This document shows positions 9,557 to 19,469 of a stretch of DNA of 64,000 nt, piece by piece. Below the pieces are notes generated by a model. It was not told where the DNA came from. It worked only from the letters and a program-made list of their open reading frames with translations, and did not search any database. How positions within the stretch are numbered: the first letter of the stretch is position 1; every line of letters begins with the position of its first letter. The translations under genes and the position numbers were made by a program. This DNA comes from an uncultured Chloroflexia bacterium (GTDB taxonomy: Bacteria > Chloroflexota > Dehalococcoidia > UBA2979). Where the stretch lies: positions 32,001-96,000 of the forward strand of contig CAVSIV010000002.1 of assembly GCA_963728205.1 (NCBI GenBank), in the 5' to 3' direction.

Positions 9557-11856
9557 CGCAGCGACCCCAGGTAGACGACCGTGAAGATGACGATCCAGAC
9601 GGCATCGACGAAGTGCCAGTACGTCGCCACCGTCGTGACGCCGGCGTGCCCGCGACCGCGTCCCACGTCCCCGCGGAAGCCGAGTGCCGCGACCACGCAG
9701 AGCGCGATCACGCCGAGCGTGACGTGCAGCGCGTGGAAGCCCGTGAGCGTGAAGAACGCCGAGGTGAAGATGTTGCGCCCGAGCGTGACGTGATCGGCGT
9801 ACAGCGCGCGGAACTCCGTCGCCTGCCCGTAGAGGAACACCAGGCCGAGCACGATGGTCAGCACGATCAGCCACCGGAAGCCGCGCGCGTCGTCGCGTCG
9901 CAGCCGGAGCTCCGCGAGCACCGCGGTGCCGCTGCTCGCCCACAGCGCGAGGCTGAAGAGCGCGGTGCGCGGGACGTCGAGCGCGGATGCCGTGGGGCCG
10001 GCGGCCGGGTGCTGGTACAGGAGGTACGCGACGATCAGCGCGCCGAAGAAGATCGACTCGGTGCCGATGAACGCGAACATGCCGAGCACGGGGGCGGGGA
10101 AGCGCCGCGCGCCGTCGGTCACGTCTGAGTCGGTCTCCGTGGACGCGGCGACGGAGGCCGGCGTGACCCCGGCAGCGGGCGTGCCGGGATCGTCGCGGCG
10201 CGTATCGGCGTCGTTCGTCGCGCGGCCGTCGCGCTCGCGCGCGGACGCGAGGTCGGCGAGCGGCCGGAACGACCGAATCGGCGGCAGCGCGTCGAAGTTG
10301 TGCGCGGGCGGCGGCGAGGTGGTTGCCCACTCCAGCGTCGCGCCGTCCCACGGGTTGTCGCCCGCCCGCTCGCCGCTGCGGAGGCTCACCCAGATGTTCC
10401 ACAGCAGGAGCAGCACCGACACCGCGAGCACGAACGAACCGACGGTCTCGAGCAAATTGAGCGCAGCCCATCCGGGCAGGTCCGGGTAGGTGAAGACGCG
10501 GCGCGGCATCCCGAGCACGCCGAGCACGTGCATCGGGAGGAACGTGAGGTTGAAGCCGATGAACGTGAGCCAGAAGTGCCACTTGCCGATGCGCTCGCTC
10601 AGCATGCGGCCGGAGATCTTCGGGAACCAGTAGTAGGCGGCGGCGAGCATCGCGAGCGCGGTCCCGCCGAACAGCACGTAGTGGAAGTGGCCGACCACGT
10701 AGTAGCTGTCCGTTAGCTGCCGGTCCGCCGGAGCCAGCGCGAACTGGACGCCGGTGATGCCGCCGATGGTGAACATCGGGATGAACGCGATCGCGAACAG
10801 CATCGCGGTTGTGAAGCGCAGCTTGCCGCCCCACATCGTCGCCAGCCAGTTGAAGATCTTGATGCCGGTGGGGATCGCGATCAGCAGGCTCGCGGCCGAG
10901 AAGAAGCCGTTGAGCAGCGGGCTCATGCCGACGGCGAACATGTGGTGCGCCCACACGAGGAAGCTGAGGAAGCTGATGCCGATCCCCGCAGCGACGAGGA
11001 ACGCGTAGCCGAACGCCGGCTTGCCGGAGAAGGTCGCGATCACCTCGGTGATCATGCCGAAGGCCGGCAGCACCATGATGTAGACCTCGGGGTGCCCGAA
11101 GAACCAGAACATGTGCTGCCACAGCAGCGCGTCGCCGCCGCCGGCGACGTTGTAGAAGTCCGTGCCGAGGTGCCGGTCGAGGAACAGCGTGATCTGCGCC
11201 ATCGCCAGGCTCGGCATCGCGCCGATGATCAGCAGCGCGTCGATCAGCGACATCCAGACGAAGATCGGCATGCGCCCGAGCGTCATCCCCGGTGCGCGCT
11301 CGCTGATGATCGTGACGAGCAGGTTGATGCCGGTGGCGATCGTACCGGCGCTGGTCACAAGCAGGGCCAGGATCCAGTAGTCCGTGGCGGGGTTGCTGCT
11401 GAACGGGCGCTCGGTGAGCGGCGCGTACGCGAACCACCCCACGTTCGGGACGTCGCCCGGCAGGAACGAGTAGTAGAGCATCAGGCCGCCGAACAGCAGC
11501 AGCCAGTAGCTCATCGCGTTGAGACGCGGGAACGCCATGTCCCGCGCGCCGATCATGAGCGGGACGAAGTAGTTCGCGAAGCCGAGCAGCATCGGCATCA
11601 CGACGAGGAAGATCATCGTCGTCCCGTGCATCGTGAAGAGCGCGTTGTACGCCGCCGGCGACAGCACTCGCGCGTTCGGCAGCGCCAGCTGGATGCGCAT
11701 CACCAGCGCTTCGATGCCGCCCAGGGCGAAGAAGACCAGCGTCGTCACGAGGTACAGGACGCCGATCCGCTTGTGGTCGACGGTCGTCATCCACTCCCAC
11801 GCCCGGGAGCGCGTCGTGCCCCCGTCGCGCGCGCGTCCGACTGCGGTCGCCGCCAT
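9553..11856 (-). CDS. ctaD: Cytochrome c oxidase subunit I fused to subunit III
   Basis: TVDHKRIG, WFFGHPEVY (A1 type), VWAHH, HFH; after an acidic linker, a COX3 part with TGFHALHV and YWHFVDAVW. Confidence 0.95.
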   Translation of the reverse strand: MAATAVGRARDGGTTRSRAWEWMTTVDHKRIGVLYLVTTLVFFALGGIEALVMRIQLALPNARVLSPAAYNALFTMHGTTMIFLVVMPMLLGFANYFVPLMIGARDMAFPRLNAMSYWLLLFGGLMLYYSFLPGDVPNVGWFAYAPLTERPFSSNPATDYWILALLVTSAGTIATGINLLVTIISERAPGMTLGRMPIFVWMSLIDALLIIGAMPSLAMAQITLFLDRHLGTDFYNVAGGGDALLWQHMFWFFGHPEVYIMVLPAFGMITEVIATFSGKPAFGYAFLVAAGIGISFLSFLVWAHHMFAVGMSPLLNGFFSAASLLIAIPTGIKIFNWLATMWGGKLRFTTAMLFAIAFIPMFTIGGITGVQFALAPADRQLTDSYYVVGHFHYVLFGGTALAMLAAAYYWFPKISGRMLSERIGKWHFWLTFIGFNLTFLPMHVLGVLGMPRRVFTYPDLPGWAALNLLETVGSFVLAVSVLLLLWNIWVSLRSGERAGDNPWDGATLEWATTSPPPAHNFDALPPIRSFRPLADLASARERDGRATNDADTRRDDPGTPAAGVTPASVAASTETDSDVTDGARRFPAPVLGMFAFIGTESIFFGALIVAYLLYQHPAAGPTASALDVPRTALFSLALWASSGTAVLAELRLRRDDARGFRWLIVLTIVLGLVFLYGQATEFRALYADHVTLGRNIFTSAFFTLTGFHALHVTLGVIALCVVAALGFRGDVGRGRGHAGVTTVATYWHFVDAVWIVIFTVVYLGSLR

Positions 11857-12909
11857 TTACTTGAGCCCTTCGAGGTACGCGGTCAGCGCCTGCGCGTCGG
11901 CCGCGGAGAGGCCGAGGCTCGGCATAAGCACGCCGGGCTTCACCGCGTGCGGGTCCGTCAGCCAGCGCGTCATGTTGGCGGGCGTGTTGTCGAGTACGCC
12001 GCCCGCGATCAGCGCGCGGCTTCCGACGTGCGTCAGGTTGGGGCCGGCCGTCCCGCGCGCCCTGGTGCCCGCGACCGTGTGGCAGCTCGCGCACGCCAGC
12101 GAGGTGAACAGCTGCTCGCCCCGCGCCGCCGGCCCACCACTGGGCACGGCCGCCGGCGCCTCCTGCGCCGTGAGCCACGCCTGGAAGTCCTGCGGAGATT
12201 GCGCGACGACCTGCAACCGCATCCATGCGTGCTCGAGCCCGCAGAATTCCGTGCATGCGCCCTGGAACGTGCCGGCCCGGTCGAGCGTGATCGAGAGCGT
12301 GTTCGGCTTGCCTGGAATCGCGTCCTGTTTCCACCCGAAGCGCGGCACCCAGAAGCTGTGGATCACGTCGTCCGACGTGACCGTGATCGCGATCGGCGTG
12401 TTGATCGGCACGTGGAGCTCATCGGCCGTGACGACGCCCGACCCGGGGTAGCGGAACTCCCACCACCACTGGTGGCCGACGACCTGGATCTGCAGCGCGT
12501 TGGGGCCGGACGTCGCGTCGACGGTGCGCATCGTGCGCACCGAGATGACGAAGAGCGTCGCGACGATCGCGAGGGTCGCGAGCGTCCACGTGACCTCGAG
12601 GCGGCGGTTCCCGGCGACGTCGCTTGCTGCCTCGCGCACGCTCGCGCGGTAGTGGACGAGCACCCACCCGAGCAGCCCGACGACGATCAGGAACAGGATC
12701 GTGCCGATCGCGAACGAGATGCCGAAGAGCCCGAGGATCGCGTCGCCCCGCCCGGAGGCCGGTTGCATCGCGTCGGGCAGCGTCGCGCACCCGGTGGCGG
12801 TGAGCGCGATCGCGATCAGCGCGACCGCGCCCCGAGCGTGCTTCCTCGGTCCGAGCCCCGCGCCTCGGGAGGCACGGGAGCCACGCTGCCGGGATGGAGG
12901 GGCATCCAT
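11857..12909 (-). CDS. coxB: Cytochrome c oxidase subunit II with C-terminal cytochrome c (caa3 type)
   Basis: LTATGC lipobox; QWWWEFRY, DVIHSFW, CTEFCGLEHAWM CuA site; CASCH heme c. Confidence 0.95.
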   Translation of the reverse strand: MDAPPSRQRGSRASRGAGLGPRKHARGAVALIAIALTATGCATLPDAMQPASGRGDAILGLFGISFAIGTILFLIVVGLLGWVLVHYRASVREAASDVAGNRRLEVTWTLATLAIVATLFVISVRTMRTVDATSGPNALQIQVVGHQWWWEFRYPGSGVVTADELHVPINTPIAITVTSDDVIHSFWVPRFGWKQDAIPGKPNTLSITLDRAGTFQGACTEFCGLEHAWMRLQVVAQSPQDFQAWLTAQEAPAAVPSGGPAARGEQLFTSLACASCHTVAGTRARGTAGPNLTHVGSRALIAGGVLDNTPANMTRWLTDPHAVKPGVLMPSLGLSAADAQALTAYLEGLK

Positions 12910-13236
12910 GCGGCATCACTCTCGCCGGGGTGGGATGAGGCCAACGGATCCACCGTACTCGCCCCGTGCCACCCCGATGCCCGCGTGGACGGCGCCGTGC
13001 TCCTCGGTGCGCCGCGGCGCATTCCGGGCGATGCGGGCGCGCCCGACCAGGGCGCCGCGCTGCCCCGGCGTCCGCGAGCCCGACGCCGGGTCGCGCACTC
13101 GCGGGCGCGACCTGTGGCATCCTCGGCGCGATCCCGGCGACGGCCGGGCGCCGCGGAGACGGCGCGGCCGGACCGCTGCGTGCCCGCGCGCACCGCTCGG
13201 GGGACGTCGGGACTGCGGGCTGCGAGGAGGTGCGAC

Positions 13237-14262
13237 GTGCGAGTGACGGTCACCGGCGGCACGGGGTTCGTGGGCTCGCACACGGTGGCGGCTCTGCGCC
13301 GCGCCGGTCACGACGTCCGCCTGCTGGCGCGGACGCCCGAGCGCGTCGCCGACGCGCTGGGACCGGTGGGGGTCGACGCCGGCGCGGTCGACGTCGTCCC
13401 CGGCGATGTCACCGACGCCGCGAGCGTCGCACGCGCGGTGGACGGCGCCGACGCCGTCGTCCACGCCGCGTCCGTCTACTCGCTCGACCGCCGCGCCGCG
13501 GAGGCGATCGAGCGCACGAACGTGGAGGGCACGCGGATCGTCCTCGAGGCGGCACACCGCGCGGGCGCGCGGCGGATCGTGCACGTCTCCACGCTGGTGG
13601 CGCTGGCCGGCGTGCGCGGCGCGCGCGTTGGTCCCGACACCCCGCCGTTCGACGCCGTCGGCGCGTACCAGCGCTCGAAGGCGGCGTCCAATCGCGTGGC
13701 GCGCGCGATGCAGCACGCGGGCGCGCCCGTCCGCATCTCGTACCCCGGGATGGTGTGGGGCCCGCACGACCCGAACTTCGGCGAGACGAGCATCCTCGTG
13801 CGCAACGCGCTGCGGGGGCTGTTCCTCGTGCTGCCCGCGAGCACGTGGCCCGTCTGCGACGTACGCGACGTCGCGGAGCTGCACGTCGCGCTCGTCGAGC
13901 GCGACACGCCGGGATCCCGCTACCTCGCGCCGGTGCACACGCTGCGTGAACGCGAGCTCATGCACGCGATCGCGCAGGCCACCGGGCGCCGCCTGCCGGT
14001 CGTGCCGGTCCCGCGCACGCTCGCGCTGCTGGTCTCGCGCGCGTCGGACCTGGCGGCCCGCGCGACCCCGTTCGCGACGCCCTTCCCGTACGAGGGCACC
14101 TGGTTCGTCGCGCAGCGCGTGCGTCCCGACGACGAGTCCACCCGGCGCGACCTCGGCCTGCAGCCGCGTCCGCTGGCCGAGACGGTGTCCGACACGATCC
14201 GCTGGCTGGCGGATGTCGGGTACGTATCGCGACGCTTGGCGGGCCGCCTCGCGCCGTCCTGA
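13237..14262 (+). CDS. NAD-dependent epimerase/dehydratase (extended SDR)
   Basis: GTG 13237 after GAGGAGG; TGGTGFVG, HAAS, YQRSK. Confidence 0.9.
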   Translation: MRVTVTGGTGFVGSHTVAALRRAGHDVRLLARTPERVADALGPVGVDAGAVDVVPGDVTDAASVARAVDGADAVVHAASVYSLDRRAAEAIERTNVEGTRIVLEAAHRAGARRIVHVSTLVALAGVRGARVGPDTPPFDAVGAYQRSKAASNRVARAMQHAGAPVRISYPGMVWGPHDPNFGETSILVRNALRGLFLVLPASTWPVCDVRDVAELHVALVERDTPGSRYLAPVHTLRERELMHAIAQATGRRLPVVPVPRTLALLVSRASDLAARATPFATPFPYEGTWFVAQRVRPDDESTRRDLGLQPRPLAETVSDTIRWLADVGYVSRRLAGRLAPS

Positions 14263-14293
14263 GCTCGGTCCGGGCCTCCGGGCGCCCGCACCC

Positions 14294-14321
14294 TTGCGAA
14301 GGCGAGCGCGGCCGGTATGCT
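14294..14321 (+). promoter_or_regulatory. Possible sigma70-type promoter
   Basis: TTGCGA-N16-TATGCT upstream of the oxidase/DyP cluster. Confidence 0.3.
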
Positions 14322-14665
14322 GGCGCGAAGCGCAGAGGGCCGGCGCGAGGAGCCTCTATTGAGATCACCCCTTCGAGCCGCGGCCCGCCCTGCTCGCATG
14401 CGCCCGCGTCGCGACCCGACGTCGCACCGCGGCCCGGCGGGCTCGCGTTCTGCGGGCTCCCCCTGCTCGCCCGGCTCCACGGCCTCGCGCGTGATCATCG
14501 GCGACGGGCGGTTCGCCGACGACGCGTGCGAGGCGTGCGGACGAGCAGAGCTCGACCGGATCGGCCGCAGCCCGTGCTCGCTCGTCATCGTCCAGCATCA
14601 CCCGTTGGTCCGGGCCGCGCTGCGGGGCCCGGGGCGCGGGTACGCAGCGCGGAACGAGGATCGCC

Positions 14666-16099
14666 GTGACCGCCCCACCGCCGAACTCCCACCCCATGGG
14701 CCCCGCCGGCACCCCCGGCTCCGCTGACAGCGGATCGCACCTCGCCGCGCACGGCGAGCGCGTGACGAACTGGGGACGGGACGTCGTCTCGTTCCCCCGC
14801 TCGGTCGTGCAACCCGAGAGCGTCGAGGAGATCGTCGCGATCCTCCGCGATCGCGAGCGCTACCCGTCGCCGGTGCGGGCCGTCGGCTCGAACCACTCGA
14901 CCACGCGGTGCGGCGTCGCGGACGAGGGCACGCTCGTCAGCATGCGGCGCATGAACCGCATCCTGCACATCGGCGACGACACCATCACCGTGCAGGCGGG
15001 CGCGCTCTACATCGACGTCGCCAAGGAGCTCGAGCGCCGCGGGCTGCAGCTGTTCGTGAACGTCGAGCTCGGCAACCTGAGCATCGGCAGCGCGGCATGC
15101 GGCGGGACGAAGGATTCGTCGATGCCCGGCGAGTTCGGGCAGGTCGCCTCGTACGCCATCGCCATGAAGCTCGTGACGCCGAGCGGCGAGCTCGTCGAGA
15201 TCGACGAGTCGGATCCCGAGCTGCTCCAGGTCGCGCGCTCGAGCTACGGCCTGTTCGGCATCGTCTACGAGGTCACCTTCCGCGTGCAGCGGCTGCGCCC
15301 CCTCGTCGTCCACCACGAGACGTTCGACATCGACGAGTTCGCGACGCGCCTCCCGGAGCTGCGACGCCGCAACGAGGCGATGATGATGTACATCTCGCCG
15401 AACCTGCGGACCGTCACGGTCGAGTTCCGGCACTATCGCGACGCGGTGCTGAAGCGGCCGAGCCGCTGGCAGTGGCGGCTGCGCGACATGGTCTGGAGCA
15501 AGACGGCGCCGTCGTACGGACGGCTGGTGAGCATGCTGGTCCCGTCGCGCCGCGCGCGCTACTGGTTGGTCGACCGGCTCGACCAGGCCATCAACATCGT
15601 GCTCAGCCGATTCCTGAAGGGCGACAACACCTCGCCCGCCGACCAGATGATCCGCTACCCCTCGATCGGCGGCTTCAGCGCCTACACCTTCAGCATCTGG
15701 GCGTTCCCCGACGAGCGTTACGGCGACGTCCTCCGCGAGTACTTCGCGTGGGTCGAGGACTACTACCGGCAGACGGGCTATCGCTGCGACCTGCTGCACG
15801 TCGGCTACCGCATCGCGGAGGACACGAACTCGCTGTTCTCGTACACGTCTGAGGGCACGGTGATGACGATCGACCCGGTGTCGACCGGCGGGCCGGGCTG
15901 GGACCAGTTCCTCGCGGCGTACAACGACTGGTGCAGCTCGCGCGGCGGCATCCCGTTGTTCAACCAGACGAAGTGGCTGACCCGGGAGCAGGTCCGGCGC
16001 GCCTTCGGCTCGCGGCTCGAGCGCTTCGGCGCCTACCGGCGTCGCTACGACCCGGACGACCGCATGCTCAACGACTACTTCCGCGATTTGATCGTCTAG
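14666..16099 (+). CDS. FAD-linked oxidase, aldonolactone oxidase/VAO family
   Basis: NWG...P..VEEI, RAVGSNHS (His typical of covalent FAD), SYGLFGIV, DPDDRMLN; start may be ATG 14696. Confidence 0.85.
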   Translation: MTAPPPNSHPMGPAGTPGSADSGSHLAAHGERVTNWGRDVVSFPRSVVQPESVEEIVAILRDRERYPSPVRAVGSNHSTTRCGVADEGTLVSMRRMNRILHIGDDTITVQAGALYIDVAKELERRGLQLFVNVELGNLSIGSAACGGTKDSSMPGEFGQVASYAIAMKLVTPSGELVEIDESDPELLQVARSSYGLFGIVYEVTFRVQRLRPLVVHHETFDIDEFATRLPELRRRNEAMMMYISPNLRTVTVEFRHYRDAVLKRPSRWQWRLRDMVWSKTAPSYGRLVSMLVPSRRARYWLVDRLDQAINIVLSRFLKGDNTSPADQMIRYPSIGGFSAYTFSIWAFPDERYGDVLREYFAWVEDYYRQTGYRCDLLHVGYRIAEDTNSLFSYTSEGTVMTIDPVSTGGPGWDQFLAAYNDWCSSRGGIPLFNQTKWLTREQVRRAFGSRLERFGAYRRRYDPDDRMLNDYFRDLIV

Positions 16100-16213
16100 C
16101 GATCGGCGCGTGGGACGCCCCGGCGTCCCCGCCCACGTGTGCGCGGGGGCGGTCTGCGGGCCGGGTCGTCGGGAGGCTGGCGCATCCCGCGCGCCCGGGG
16201 GAGGTCATTCGCG

Positions 16214-16714
16214 ATGGTGGAGTTACCCGGCACGGACGCGCGTGCCGTCGCCCGCAGCTACTTCGACCGCCTGATCAACCAGCACGACCTGGACTTCGCG
16301 GACGAGCTCTTCGATCCGGCGATCGCCTTCCGCGACCCGGCGATCCCCGGGGGTGGCGTCGACGGCATCCCGCAGCTGAAGCGCTTCTTCGCGACCTTCT
16401 TCGCGACGTTCCCCGACGTGCACTTCGCCGTCGACGACTTCTTCGCGGAGGACGACCGCGTGGCGGTGCGCTTCACCTGGACGGGGACGCATCGCGCGCG
16501 CCTCTTCGGGGTCACGGTGGCGCGGCGCAGCGTGAGCGTGCCCGGCATCGATATCTTCCACGTCGCGAACGGCCGCATCACCGAGGTCCGCGTGGCGTTC
16601 GACCCGCTTGATCTCATCGAGCAGATGACCGGCCTGCGCGGGCTGCTCGCCCGCTTCGCGATCCCGCTCGTGCGCGCGCTGTGGCTCGGCCGGCTGCGGG
16701 GGCGTCCGCGATGA
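16214..16714 (+). CDS. SnoaL-like ester cyclase (NTF2 fold)
   Basis: ATG 16214 after GGAGG; FPDVHFAVDD..AEDDRVAVRFTWTGTH, GRITE. Confidence 0.85.
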   Translation: MVELPGTDARAVARSYFDRLINQHDLDFADELFDPAIAFRDPAIPGGGVDGIPQLKRFFATFFATFPDVHFAVDDFFAEDDRVAVRFTWTGTHRARLFGVTVARRSVSVPGIDIFHVANGRITEVRVAFDPLDLIEQMTGLRGLLARFAIPLVRALWLGRLRGRPR

Positions 16715-17970
16715 CGCACCAGGTCGCGCTCACGGTGCGCGCCGCCGTCGGTCCCGGGCAAGCGGACGCGCTGCGCGCGCTGCTCGCGCAGATGCAGCGC
16801 GCGGGCGCGTGCAACGACGTGATCCGCTTCAGCGACCTGCCGGCGACGCACTTCGCCCGGCTGCTCGTCGTCGACGACGAACCGGTCCCGGGTGCCGCGT
16901 CGCTGCTGCTGATGCTCGACTGCGACGCGCCCGCCGGCGACCGCCTGCGGGAGTTCGCGCGCGTCGCGGGCGCAGGCATGGATCGTGTCTTCGGCCACTG
17001 CGTGGACTATCCGCGCGGGACGGTCACTGAGGCGCACCGCGTGCGCTTCCTGCGCACGCACGTCGTCGGGTCGCAGGTGATCTACATCCACCGCGTCGGG
17101 CGCACGCTCGAGCAGGTGCGCCAGGAGCGGCAGCTGCGCGAGGCGATCCGCGACCTCGTCGACCGGTCGGCGCAGGACTGGGCCGGTCGGGGTGCCCGGG
17201 AGGTCCGCGAGACGATCCGGGCGTTCGTCGCGTCGCGCCCGGACCTCGCCCGGGCAATGGACCCGCCCGCCCGTCCCGGGCTGCGCTTCCGCGCGCGCGA
17301 GGCGCTGCAGCGGTTCGGCCTTCCGCTTGTGCTCGTCCTGCTGTCGCCGGTCGTCGCCCCGCTGCTCGTGCTCGTGTTCCTCTGGCTGCGGCTCGAGGAG
17401 CTCCGCGGGCCGGAGCCGGACATCCGGCTCGATCACGGGCGGCTGCGCGCACTGACGGATGCGGAGGACTTCGGCGCCCAGAACGCGATCACCACGGTCG
17501 CGCCGCTGAAGCCCGGCCGGTTCTGGCGCCTGACCGCGCCGCTCTTCCTCCAGGCCGCCGCGTTCGCGACGCGGCACGTGTTCAACCACGACAACCTCGC
17601 CGGGCTGCGCACCGTGCACTTCGCGCGGCTGATGCGGCTCGACGACGGGCGGTTCATGTTCACGAGCTACTACGACGGCAGCCTCGAGAGCTACATGGAC
17701 GACTTCGTCGACCAGGTGGCGTGGGTGTTGAACACCGGGTTCGGCAACGAGGACGGCTACCCGAAGACGCGCTGGCTCTTCTTTGCCGGCGCCCATCGCG
17801 AGCAGCAGTTCAAGGCGTTCCTGCGCGGGCACCAGGTGGCGACGCAGTACTGGTACTCGGCGTACCCGGACCTCACCGCGACGAATGTCGACAACAACTC
17901 CGCGATCCGCGACGGGCTGCGCGGCGACATGGACGACGAGGCGGCGGCCGCATGGTTGCGCCGCCTGTGA
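16711..17970 (+). CDS. Uncharacterised DyP-associated protein with two HFAR-motif domains and a central TM segment
   Basis: ATGA overlap with SnoaL; THFARL...FGHCVDYP and VHFARL...FGNEDGYP; hydrophobic GLPLVLVLLSPVVAPLLVLVFLW. Confidence 0.8.
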   Translation: MTHQVALTVRAAVGPGQADALRALLAQMQRAGACNDVIRFSDLPATHFARLLVVDDEPVPGAASLLLMLDCDAPAGDRLREFARVAGAGMDRVFGHCVDYPRGTVTEAHRVRFLRTHVVGSQVIYIHRVGRTLEQVRQERQLREAIRDLVDRSAQDWAGRGAREVRETIRAFVASRPDLARAMDPPARPGLRFRAREALQRFGLPLVLVLLSPVVAPLLVLVFLWLRLEELRGPEPDIRLDHGRLRALTDAEDFGAQNAITTVAPLKPGRFWRLTAPLFLQAAAFATRHVFNHDNLAGLRTVHFARLMRLDDGRFMFTSYYDGSLESYMDDFVDQVAWVLNTGFGNEDGYPKTRWLFFAGAHREQQFKAFLRGHQVATQYWYSAYPDLTATNVDNNSAIRDGLRGDMDDEAAAAWLRRL

Positions 17971-18015
17971 CGGACCGGCCGCACGCCGCGGTCGAGGGGA
18001 CGACGGGCAACGACG

Positions 18016-19419
18016 ATGGCTGAACGGCTCGAAGTTGGGGACATCCAGGGGCTGGTTGCGCGCGGGTACGGGACGCTGGCCGCCGCGTGCTACGTGCTGC
18101 TGCGCGTCGCGGACGCCGGCGCCGCGCGCGCGTGGCTCGGCGCGCTCGCCGGCGACCTCACGTCGGCGGAGAGCCGGCCCGACGCGACCGCCGTCAACGT
18201 CGCGTTCACGCGCGCGGGCCTCGAGCGCCTCGGTGTCGGGGCGGCCACGCTGAGCGCGTTCGCCCCGCAGTTCGTCGAGGGCCTCGCGCAGCCGCACCGC
18301 TCACGCATCCTCGGCGACGACGGCGACAGCGCGCCCGAGCGCTGGCGCTGGGGCGGGCCCGGCACGCCGTCCGTCGACCTCGTGCTGATGCTGTTCGCCG
18401 CGGACGGGGCGTCCCTTGACGGTCTCTACGACGCGCACGCCGGCCGCCTCGCCGGGGCCGGCATCGAGCAGCTGGCGCGACTCGACACAACGTATCTCGG
18501 CGGACGCGAGCACTTCGGCTTCAGGGACGGCGTGTCGCAGCCGACCATCGATGGGCTCTCGCGGCAGGACCGTCCCGCGAACACGGTGCAGCCCGGTGAG
18601 TTCGTCCTCGGATACCGCAACGAGTACGACGTCGCGGCGGAGCCCATCGCGGTGCCCGCGGGCACCAATCGCGCCGGCGCGCTCGCGGGCGTCGGTGGCG
18701 ACCTCGGGCGCAACGGCTCCTACCTCGTGTTCCGGCAGCTCGAGCAGGACGTGGCTGGCTTCTGGCGCACCGTCGACGCGCTCACCCGCGACGCGGGCGG
18801 CGGTTCCGACCCGGCGGCGCGCACGCGCCTCGCGGCCAAGATGGTCGGCCGCTGGCCGAGCGGCGCGTCGCTCGCGCTGGCGCCGGATCACGACAATCCC
18901 GCGCGCGCGGACGCGAACGACTTCGCGTACCACCAGCAGGACCCGGACGGCCTCGCGTGCCCGATCGGCTCGCACGTTCGTCGCACGAACCCGCGCGACT
19001 CGCTCGAGCCGAAGCCCGGCTCGAAGCAGTCCGTGGCGGCGGCGAACCATCACCGCCTGCTCCGTCGCGGCCGCAGCTACGGCCCGCCGCTTGCGATCCC
19101 CGAGATCTTCGACGCGAACGCCGGCACCGCGGCGCAGGAGCGCGGGCTGCACTTCATCTGCCTCGTCGGCGACATCGCGCGCCAGTTCGAGTTCGTCCAG
19201 CACACGTGGGTGAACAACCCGAAGTTCGGCGGCCTCTATGACGACGGGGATCCGCTGATGGCGCCCCACGGCGATACCGGGGCGACGTTCAGCGAGCAGG
19301 CGGAACCCGTCGTGCGACGCCACGGCGGCCTGCCGCGCTTCGTGGCCGTGCGCGGCGGTGCCTACTTCTTCCTCCCGGGCATTCGCGCCGTGCGCTACCT
19401 CGCCGCGCTCGGGGGGTGA
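18016..19419 (+). CDS. DyP-type heme peroxidase
   Basis: DIQGLV, HFGFRDGVSQP (GxxDG), NGSYLVFRQLEQDV, SHVRRTNPR (proximal His), LLRRGRSYG (distal Arg). Confidence 0.93.
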   Translation: MAERLEVGDIQGLVARGYGTLAAACYVLLRVADAGAARAWLGALAGDLTSAESRPDATAVNVAFTRAGLERLGVGAATLSAFAPQFVEGLAQPHRSRILGDDGDSAPERWRWGGPGTPSVDLVLMLFAADGASLDGLYDAHAGRLAGAGIEQLARLDTTYLGGREHFGFRDGVSQPTIDGLSRQDRPANTVQPGEFVLGYRNEYDVAAEPIAVPAGTNRAGALAGVGGDLGRNGSYLVFRQLEQDVAGFWRTVDALTRDAGGGSDPAARTRLAAKMVGRWPSGASLALAPDHDNPARADANDFAYHQQDPDGLACPIGSHVRRTNPRDSLEPKPGSKQSVAAANHHRLLRRGRSYGPPLAIPEIFDANAGTAAQERGLHFICLVGDIARQFEFVQHTWVNNPKFGGLYDDGDPLMAPHGDTGATFSEQAEPVVRRHGGLPRFVAVRGGAYFFLPGIRAVRYLAALGG

Positions 19420-19469
19420 AGACGGCTGGGTGCTCGGCGCCGGGCGCCGCGCCCGGCGCGACGAGCCGG

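Noticed and set aside
9347-14262. Very long ORFs in the track (9347-12334, 10942-14262, also 49266-53465, 49563-52574, 57029-60679)
   Set aside because: High-GC shadow or alternate-frame extensions; the real genes occupy only their 3' parts, as shown by RBS and motif positions
14400-14660. Peptide LVIVQHHPLVRAALR resembling a response-regulator receiver start
   Set aside because: Too short, lacks the acidic pair and any continuation; cannot be supported as a gene
16215-16222. TGGTGGAG as the second att site of the tRNA-Ala island
   Set aside because: Only 8 bp and inside the SnoaL start region; expected by chance
18016-19419. DyP as encapsulin cargo
   Set aside because: No C-terminal GSLxIGSL-type loading peptide and no encapsulin gene nearby
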